A stretch of 64,000 bases of DNA from Vulcanimicrobiales bacterium (GTDB lineage Bacteria; Vulcanimicrobiota; Vulcanimicrobiia; Vulcanimicrobiales; Vulcanimicrobiaceae): positions 1 to 64,000 of the forward strand of contig JBBRLI010000017.1 of the NCBI GenBank assembly GCA_038231455.1, given 5' to 3'. The notes below the pieces were generated by a model. The model was given only the letters and a program-made list of their open reading frames with translations. It was not told the origin of the DNA and ran no database searches. Positions within the stretch are counted from its first letter, which is position 1; every line of letters begins with the position of its first letter. A program made the position numbers and the translations under genes. Positions 57,160 through 64,000 of the stretch are shown here, one piece after another.

Positions 57160-58413
57160 TTAGAATGTCTTCGGCGTGTAGTTTTCGCGCACGGTGGCCT
57201 TCTGTGTTGCAAGGGTCGCTTGCGCATCTTTGGCCCACGGCGAATTGATGTTGCCATCAGATTCCGAAGTCGGCACCTCGGCGACGATATCGAACATCAC
57301 CTGCGTCTTTGCAAACTGTTTGCTCGAGACGATCGCGCCAGCATAGACGTCTTGCGCGCACTGATGATCGTAGCCGTGCCACACGGCTTTGCTGGCCTTT
57401 GCCGCCTCGAAGCTATGATTGTCGAAAGCATCGGCGAGTTTGTCGGCGCGCGTCGTACCAGCCGCGTTCATCCGGTCGATCAGCGTGGTGAGCGCCATGT
57501 AACCGAGATAGTGACGGCCCGAGATCGGGCCTTTGATGTCGCGTTTCAAACGCGCGGTCAGCTTCTCGGCACTCGGCGAGACCGTCGGCGTCCAGAGCAC
57601 GGGGAACGTCGAGCCCGCGATTGCATCGAGCGGCAAAGCCCCATAGTAGATATCTTCGAGCGCGATACCGGCAAGCTTCATGCGCTTGTGCAGGCCGAAG
57701 TCGACGAACTGCTTGGCGGTATTCGCCGCATCGAGTCCGCTATTAGCGAGCAGCAGCAAGTCGGCGTCGCTATTGCGAATCTTCGTAAGCACCGAGGAGA
57801 AATCGGTCGTGCCGAGCTTGACGACGTCGAGTCCGACCTCCGTGCCGCCCGCACGTTTGAGGGAGGCGGAGAGCTGCGCGTAAGCGTCTTTTCCGAGCGC
57901 ATAATCCGCTTGGATGAAGTACCACTTCTTGCCCAGTGCGAGCGCGCGGCGGAACATCGGCTGCAGCATCATGCGCAGGCTCGGGCCAAACCGGTAGGTG
58001 TAGCGCGACACCTTGCTGCCCGTGATTGAGGATTCTTGGGGCCCAATCGAGAGATTGAAGATGCCGAGTTCTTGCGTGAGCGGTCCGAGCGCAAGACCGT
58101 TGGCCGATGAAATACCGCCGAAGAGCACATCGACGTTCTCTTGCGAGATCAGCCGACGTGCTTCGGTTGTGGCGATCGCCGGTTTCGATCCGTCATCACC
58201 CATGACGAATTCATATTTGACCCGACCGCCGCTATTGCGATTGGCATCATCGAGCGCGAGCAAGGCGCCGGCTTTGTGATACGCGCCCAAATCCGAGAAC
58301 ACGCCGCTAAACGATTCCAAGAACCCGATTTTGACCGTCGCGGGTCCGGCGGCCTGAGCAAACGAGGGGACGAGTGCTGCGGCGCCCGCCGCGATGAATG
58401 ATTGACGTTTCAC
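57160..58413 (-). CDS. ABC transporter substrate-binding protein (branched-chain amino acid-like, PBP1)
   Basis: Tat-like signal MKRQSFI, VKIG....SG....G, DD..KP..A, DY..G, DFSS.L.KI. Confidence 0.87.
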   Translation of the reverse strand: MKRQSFIAAGAAALVPSFAQAAGPATVKIGFLESFSGVFSDLGAYHKAGALLALDDANRNSGGRVKYEFVMGDDGSKPAIATTEARRLISQENVDVLFGGISSANGLALGPLTQELGIFNLSIGPQESSITGSKVSRYTYRFGPSLRMMLQPMFRRALALGKKWYFIQADYALGKDAYAQLSASLKRAGGTEVGLDVVKLGTTDFSSVLTKIRNSDADLLLLANSGLDAANTAKQFVDFGLHKRMKLAGIALEDIYYGALPLDAIAGSTFPVLWTPTVSPSAEKLTARLKRDIKGPISGRHYLGYMALTTLIDRMNAAGTTRADKLADAFDNHSFEAAKASKAVWHGYDHQCAQDVYAGAIVSSKQFAKTQVMFDIVAEVPTSESDGNINSPWAKDAQATLATQKATVRENYTPKTF

Positions 58414-58422
58414 AGGGATCTC

Positions 58423-61400
58423 CTAGCGGTTTGCAACGGCAGTCAAAGTTTGCTGCACGGTTGCCATCGTGGTTTCAAAGAGCGCGTCGAGTTCGGCTGC
58501 CGAGTCCAGGTGCGCTTGAAGCGGCGGCTGGAACGACGACCCAAGCGTCCCCATCAGACCTGCAATGCGTTCGCGAATTTGGTTCGGGCGACCGATCGAG
58601 TCTTCATCGTTGCGTGCATCGGAGGTCAGCATCGCTTTCATCGCGGCGAGCTGCTCGAGGCGCGCGGTGGAATTGGGCTTTCCGGTGAGCGAGCGACGTT
58701 CGGCATCGATGCGGTTGAGCGCCGCATCGATCTGACTGTATTCCTTGGTCAAGCGGGTCAGGAAGGCATGGCGCTCCCCAAGCTGTGCGAGCGTCCAGGG
58801 ACTCTGCGGATCTGGCGCAAGCGTAAAGGGCTGCTCGAGTGTTTTCCCATCGATGTGCACGCGTGCGATGTACCGTCCAGGTAGGGCTTCGGGGCCGTCG
58901 TCAGGTCCGCGGTTCGGCCGCGTCGTGCCGTGCCATTTTTCCGGGCCGTCTTCCGTCCCGTTCCAGGCAAAGCGGTTGATGCCCGGGACGTTGGTGAGAT
59001 AAAACTTCGGACCCTCATCGGTATCGTACGAACCCGCGTAGTGCCGCACGACGTGGCCTTGCGCATCGAGGATCTCGACGGTCGGACGGCTTTGCGCTTT
59101 GGTGCGCTCATAGAATGAGATCGTCGCGCCGTTCGGCGGATTCTTCCCGACAAAATAGTTATTCGGAAGAGCGCCGCCGTCGCCGGTTTCGATCGGCGGC
59201 CACTGCGCGAAGAGCGTGCTCGCGCGCACCGGGAAGAGATACGTTCCAGCGGCGCGGGCTTTTGCGAGCTGTTGGATCGGCGCGAGATCATCGAGGATGA
59301 AGAGTCCGCGACCGTGCGTTGCAACGATCAAATCGTTCGCAACGGGATGCACGCGCAGATCGTAGACCGGCGTTGTCGGCAGGTTGAGTTGCAGATGCGA
59401 CCATGCGCCACCGCGATCGAACGACACCCACACGCCCGTTTCCGTACCCGCGTACAGCACGTCGGGATTTTTTAAATCTTGGCGGATCGTGCGCGCAGGA
59501 GCGTTTGCCGGCAGATTCGCGGCGATCGATTTCCACGTCGTACCGAAATCCTCGGTCATGAACAAATACGGCGCCTTATCGCCGAGATCGTGCCGGTCGA
59601 CGTTGGCAAAGGCGGTGCCCGCCTCGACGCGACCGGGTTCGACCGTTTCGATACGACCGTATTTCGGAATTCCCGCGGGCGTGACGTTTTGCCACGTCGT
59701 GCCGCCGTCGCGTGTGAGTTGGATCAGCCCGTCGTCGGTGCCGACCCACATCGTTCCAGCCGCAAGCGCCGACGGTGCGATGTCTAAGATCGTATCGTAC
59801 GATTCTGCGCCCGAGACATCGAGTGAGATCGGGCCGCCGGAGACTTGCTGATGTTCTTTCTCATTGCGCGTGAGGTCGGGGCTGATCGCGGTCCAGTGGC
59901 GCCCGCGGTCGGACGTGCGGAAAACGACGTTGCCGCCGAAGTACGCAATGTGTCCGTCCTGCGGCGAGAACGCGATCGGCGAATTCCAGTTAAAGCGATA
60001 AACGTTCTTCGAGGTGCCCGCAAGCGAGGTGAACGGATCGCGCGGATACGGTGAAACGTCGACGACTTGTTTTGCTTTCGTGTCGTAAATCGTGAGCACG
60101 CCGTCTTGCGTGTCGGTCCAGATCAGACTCGAATCGATCGGATCGGGCCACGCCCAGACGCCGTCGCCGCCCGCAATCGAAAGCCAATCGCGATCGAGGA
60201 CACCGATGCCGTTGTGCGTGTTCGATGAGGTGCACCACGTGCTATTGTCTTGCAGACCCGCGCAGACGTTGTACGGTGTGCGCTGATCGTAACCGACGTG
60301 ATACATCTGGGCAAGCGCAATGTTCGAGGGCGCGGACCACGTCCCGCCACCGTCGCTCGAGAAAAGAAAACCGCCGTCGTTTGCCTCGATGATGCGCGTG
60401 CCATCAGCCGACCACCACATATCGTGATTGTCGGGATGCAGGAGGCCGTTCAAATGTTTGAACGTCTTGCCGCTATCTTTGCTCTCACTCAGATACATCG
60501 AGAGCGCGATGACGTGACTGCTCTTCTTCGGATCGACGCGCAGATGCGAGAAGTAGAACGGGCGCTGACCCGGGAGCGTATCTTTATCGACGAGTTTCCA
60601 CGACGTGCCGGCGTTGTCCGAACGCCAGAGCACGCCGTCTTTGGCTTGCACGAGCGCATACACGACGTTCGCATTGCTCGGCGCGACCGCAACGCCGATG
60701 CGCCCGGTCAGACCGCTCGGCAGACCCTGCGTGAGTTTGTTCCACGTGCGTCCGTTGTCGGTCGATTTATACAGCCCACCGGCCGGGCCGCCGCTAGTGA
60801 GGATCCACGGCTCGCGGCGGTACTCCCACATTCCGGCGTAGAGCGTATCGGGGTGCTTGGGATCCCAGGCAAGATCCGACGCGCCGCTCGAGGGACCGAG
60901 GTACAGCGTTTTGGTCCACGTCTTGCCGCCGTCGCCCGTGCGATAGATGCCGCGCGATTCGCTATCTTTCCACGGATCGCCGAGCGCCGCGACGATCGCA
61001 ACGTTGCCATCGCGCGGATCGACCAGAATTTTGGTGATCTGCGAGGTTTCCTCAAGGCCCAGATGTTTGAACGTCTTCGCGCCGTCAGTCGAACGCCATA
61101 CGCCGTCGCCGTACGAGACGTCGTTGCGGGGATTGCCTTCGCCCATGCCCACCCAGACGTCGTTATCGTTCCGCGGCGAGATCGCGATCGCGCCGACCGC
61201 CGCAAGCGGCTTCTTTGCGAACACGTCGCTGAAGCTCACGCCGCCGTTGGTCGTCTTATGGACCCCGCCGCCTGCACCACCCACGTAATAGAGGAACGGG
61301 TTCCGTTCGCTCCCGGCAACAGCGGAAACCCGACCGCCGGAGATCCCCGGTCCGAGCGACCGGTATTTCAAGCGCGTGTAGTCATCGTTTGCGGCAACGG

Positions 61401-61503
61401 CCGCAGCGGCCGGCTTGGGTGCTGGGGGCTTCTCCCCGCTTGTCTGGGCCAAAGCCGGGGACGCAGAAAAAACCAGGGCGGCAAGAACGCTCAAAAAACG
61501 CAT
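58423..61503 (-). CDS. BNR/Asp-box (VPS10/sialidase-like) beta-propeller glycosyl hydrolase-like protein
   Basis: Repeated S.D.G.TW boxes, GP...GGR, GLQDN, ATHGRG..ILDD. Confidence 0.9.
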   Translation of the reverse strand: MRFLSVLAALVFSASPALAQTSGEKPPAPKPAAAAVAANDDYTRLKYRSLGPGISGGRVSAVAGSERNPFLYYVGGAGGGVHKTTNGGVSFSDVFAKKPLAAVGAIAISPRNDNDVWVGMGEGNPRNDVSYGDGVWRSTDGAKTFKHLGLEETSQITKILVDPRDGNVAIVAALGDPWKDSESRGIYRTGDGGKTWTKTLYLGPSSGASDLAWDPKHPDTLYAGMWEYRREPWILTSGGPAGGLYKSTDNGRTWNKLTQGLPSGLTGRIGVAVAPSNANVVYALVQAKDGVLWRSDNAGTSWKLVDKDTLPGQRPFYFSHLRVDPKKSSHVIALSMYLSESKDSGKTFKHLNGLLHPDNHDMWWSADGTRIIEANDGGFLFSSDGGGTWSAPSNIALAQMYHVGYDQRTPYNVCAGLQDNSTWCTSSNTHNGIGVLDRDWLSIAGGDGVWAWPDPIDSSLIWTDTQDGVLTIYDTKAKQVVDVSPYPRDPFTSLAGTSKNVYRFNWNSPIAFSPQDGHIAYFGGNVVFRTSDRGRHWTAISPDLTRNEKEHQQVSGGPISLDVSGAESYDTILDIAPSALAAGTMWVGTDDGLIQLTRDGGTTWQNVTPAGIPKYGRIETVEPGRVEAGTAFANVDRHDLGDKAPYLFMTEDFGTTWKSIAANLPANAPARTIRQDLKNPDVLYAGTETGVWVSFDRGGAWSHLQLNLPTTPVYDLRVHPVANDLIVATHGRGLFILDDLAPIQQLAKARAAGTYLFPVRASTLFAQWPPIETGDGGALPNNYFVGKNPPNGATISFYERTKAQSRPTVEILDAQGHVVRHYAGSYDTDEGPKFYLTNVPGINRFAWNGTEDGPEKWHGTTRPNRGPDDGPEALPGRYIARVHIDGKTLEQPFTLAPDPQSPWTLAQLGERHAFLTRLTKEYSQIDAALNRIDAERRSLTGKPNSTARLEQLAAMKAMLTSDARNDEDSIGRPNQIRERIAGLMGTLGSSFQPPLQAHLDSAAELDALFETTMATVQQTLTAVANR

Positions 61504-61562
61504 CCTTGGGAGAATGTGCCTCCGCGATGCGTTCCCCTTCGCGGGAACGAACCGCAGCGCAT

Positions 61563-62345
61563 ATGGACGAATCGCGAAGCCGTGCCGACTTCTCGTTCCG
61601 CGGCGATGCGGCCGTCATGCGTGGCGTCATGCATCGAACGCGGGAGGGCGGGCTAATCGTTCGTGAGACACCCGAACGGCCATCATTTTGGTTCGGCCAC
61701 GGCTACGAACTCGCCGCCCCTCCGTCGGCGCTGCGCCTTGGCGAACTTGCACGTGTCGGGCGCAAGCGGTTTGCGGCGATCCCGGGCGCGCAGCGCTTCG
61801 TGATCCTGAACGAACACGCGGTGGATGCCCACGAGATCGTGAGTAAACTGCCACCTAGCGCAACCGCCGAGCGCAACCGCGTCATGCGTTTCGAGTCGGC
61901 CGTTTCTGTCCGTGCTTGCTGGGAGGTAACGGCAGTCGCGGGCGTCGCAGATTTTGCGGCGATTCGCGACTTGCTAAGCGCAGACGGGAGCCCTGACATG
62001 GCCGAATTTCAACGCTGGGCCGCTGGAGTGTGGGAGCGCGCCGCAGGCGCCGGGTTTGCGCGCTTCGTTGCCGTGCGCGACAAAGGGGCGATTGTGGGCT
62101 ATGCGGGGCTATTCGATTCGCCCGATGAGTCGCTCGCGCGTTTCTGCACGCCGGTTACGCATCCGGCGTATCGCCGACGCGGCATCTTCACGGCCTGCGC
62201 GCACGCTCTCCTGAACGGAGCGATCGAACGTGGTATCCGCAACGTCCAAATCTGCGCAGAGGCGCAAAGTGCCAACGAATCTCTCTATCGGAGTCTTGGC
62301 TTCGCCGTTGTCGCAGAGGTTGACGCTTACATCGTCGCGCTCTAA
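61563..62345 (+). CDS. GNAT family N-acetyltransferase
   Basis: V.T.P.YRRRG, A...LYRSLGF acetyl-CoA motifs. Confidence 0.85.
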   Translation: MDESRSRADFSFRGDAAVMRGVMHRTREGGLIVRETPERPSFWFGHGYELAAPPSALRLGELARVGRKRFAAIPGAQRFVILNEHAVDAHEIVSKLPPSATAERNRVMRFESAVSVRACWEVTAVAGVADFAAIRDLLSADGSPDMAEFQRWAAGVWERAAGAGFARFVAVRDKGAIVGYAGLFDSPDESLARFCTPVTHPAYRRRGIFTACAHALLNGAIERGIRNVQICAEAQSANESLYRSLGFAVVAEVDAYIVAL

Positions 62346-63295
62346 CCGAGACGTTCACGACCGTGCGGGGCGAGCAAGTTTTGGTCGGGGCCAATCGGCA
62401 CGATGCGCGTCGGGTTGATGTCGTCGTGCGTGTAATAATAGTGGCGCTTGATGTGATCCATGTTGACCGTCGCTGCCACGCCGCGGAACTGATAGAGATC
62501 GCGCAGATAGCCGAAGAGATTCGGATAACTTGCAATTTGGCGTAAGTTGCACTTGAAGTGGCCGTGGTAGACCGCATCGAAGCGGATTAACGTCACGAAA
62601 AGTCGCCAGTCCGTCTCGAGGGGCGTCTTGCCAAAGAGATAGCGCGAAGTGGTAAGACGATGCTCGAGCACGTCGAGCGTTTCGAACACGCCGTATGCGG
62701 CGCGTTCGTACGCGTGCTGGCTCGTTGCAAAGCCCGCTTTGTACACGCCATTATTAACCGTGTCGTAGATGACTTCGTTTAGGTCGTCGATTTCGTGCGC
62801 GTGCGCAGCCGGGTAATAATCCAGATCGCGCGAGCCGACCGCGTCGAATTCGGTTTCAAACATGCGTAAGATGTCATCATCGGAGTTGCTGACGATGCGT
62901 TTTGTTTCTTTGTCCCACAGCACCGGGACCGTCACGCGGCCGCGGTAACGCGGATCGCTTCCAAGATACGCTTCGCTCAGATAGGTGAAGCCGTTGATCG
63001 AATCCGTCGTAAAGCCGGGACCATCGGCGAACCGCCAACCGAGATCGTCGCGCACCGGGTCGACGACGGTCATCCCGATCGCGTCTTCGAGTCCGACAAG
63101 CGAGCGCATGATCACAGTCCGGTGCGCCCACGGGCACGCAAGCGAAACGTAGAGGTGGTAACGCCCGGCGACGGCCGGATAGGAACTGCTGCCGTCGGCG
63201 CGGACCCAGTCGCGGAACGCATCGCCCTGGCGCACGAAATGCCCTTCGGGAGATTGTTCGTCGGGAAATTGGGGTTTTGCGGTGGCCGATTCCAT
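62342..63295 (-). CDS. glutathionyl-hydroquinone reductase (GST omega/Xi-like, YqjG/ECM4)
   Basis: RYHLYVS.ACPWAHR, TVPVLWD, NNGVYKAGFA, RFD.VY..HFKCN, HIK.HYY, INPT.IVP.GP. Confidence 0.94.
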   Translation of the reverse strand: MESATAKPQFPDEQSPEGHFVRQGDAFRDWVRADGSSSYPAVAGRYHLYVSLACPWAHRTVIMRSLVGLEDAIGMTVVDPVRDDLGWRFADGPGFTTDSINGFTYLSEAYLGSDPRYRGRVTVPVLWDKETKRIVSNSDDDILRMFETEFDAVGSRDLDYYPAAHAHEIDDLNEVIYDTVNNGVYKAGFATSQHAYERAAYGVFETLDVLEHRLTTSRYLFGKTPLETDWRLFVTLIRFDAVYHGHFKCNLRQIASYPNLFGYLRDLYQFRGVAATVNMDHIKRHYYYTHDDINPTRIVPIGPDQNLLAPHGRERLG

Positions 63296-63403
63296 GCACG
63301 CTACCACCGCTTCAGGGGCCGATCGGGTTGCGACCTCACCAAAGAATCAGACGTAAGCGTCCTCACCGATGCATCGGTTCGCGCTCTGCTATCGTTCTAA
63401 CAA

Positions 63404-64000
63404 ATGATGAACACGCGCATTCGCGGCTGGGCCCTCGCCGTTTTGACGGGCCTTCTCCTCACGAGCACGCTCCCCGCGAGCGCCGCCGCCAAACCCCAAG
63501 CAACGGTCGTTCTGGCCGGCGGCTGCTTCTGGGGTATGGAAGAAGTCTTCGAGTCGCTCAAAGGCGTCTCGTCGGCGACGGCCGGATATTCGGGCGGCAG
63601 TAAGATGACCGCGCACTACGAGATCGTGAGCATGGGTACAACCGGCCACGCCGAGTCGGTGCAAGTCACCTACGACCCAAGCGTCGTCTCGCTCGAGACC
63701 ATCTTGCGCGTCTACTTCCTGGCCGCGCACAATCCGACCGAACTTGACCGTCAGGGACCGGACTCCGGCACCCAGTACCGCTCGGCGATCTTCTACGCAA
63801 ATGACGACCAGCGAACGGCAGCCCAGGCCATGGTGAAATCGCTCACCGAGAAGCACCAGTTCACAAGCCCGATCGTCACGCAGATCGTCCCGCTCAAAGC
63901 GTTCTATCCGGCCGAGGCCTACCACCAGCGTTTTGCGGAACGCAATCCCAATTATCCGTATATCGCCTACGTCGACAAACCGATCATCGACGGACTCTAC
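63404..64000 (+). CDS. msrA: exported peptide-methionine (S)-S-oxide reductase (runs off the window end)
   Basis: Absent from the ORF track because there is no stop in the window. Manual translation: [49 protein letters not shown]...GHAESV...QGPD.G.QYRSAIF...YPAEAYHQ. Confidence 0.92.
   Translation, partial: MMNTRIRGWALAVLTGLLLTSTLPASAAAKPQATVVLAGGCFWGMEEVFESLKGVSSATAGYSGGSKMTAHYEIVSMGTTGHAESVQVTYDPSVVSLETILRVYFLAAHNPTELDRQGPDSGTQYRSAIFYANDDQRTAAQAMVKSLTEKHQFTSPIVTQIVPLKAFYPAEAYHQRFAERNPNYPYIAYVDKPIIDGLY

Noticed and set aside
10712-61656. Numerous long Arg/Ser/Ala-rich ORFs in the track (e.g. 10712-11893, 31154-32251, 35575-36633, 38630-39586, 49990-50925, 57094-58029, 60250-61656)
   Set aside because: Shadow frames of well-supported genes in GC-rich DNA, with no family motifs.

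Overview
GC-rich bacterial chromosomal segment. Gene content and style resemble Vulcanimicrobiota/Eremiobacterota, but this is an impression and is untested. I found no rRNA, tRNA or CRISPR array. The left end (1-17 kb) is accessory: an IS3 remnant, two degenerate comEC 3' fragments, an ECF42/YciI module, an orphan secretin flanked by two related Cys-domain exported proteins, cupredoxins and regulators. The middle holds housekeeping and stress genes (msrA, korAB, MocR/EamA, transglutaminases, glaH/csiD, M61 peptidase, deaD, tdk). Two highlights stand out. (1) A split-borosin RiPP locus: a SonA-like precursor (46412-46747) and an alpha-N-methyltransferase (46751-47536), tightly coupled to two tandem AAA-ATPase/LuxR (LAL/STAND) regulators and facing a BTAD regulator, with no dedicated exporter or protease. 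(2) A hidden selenoprotein: an FrnE/DsbA-like oxidoreductase (40570-41205, minus strand) with an in-frame TGA at the first Cys of its CxxC motif, followed by a SECIS-like hairpin. All family calls come from motif recognition by eye; no database search was run.
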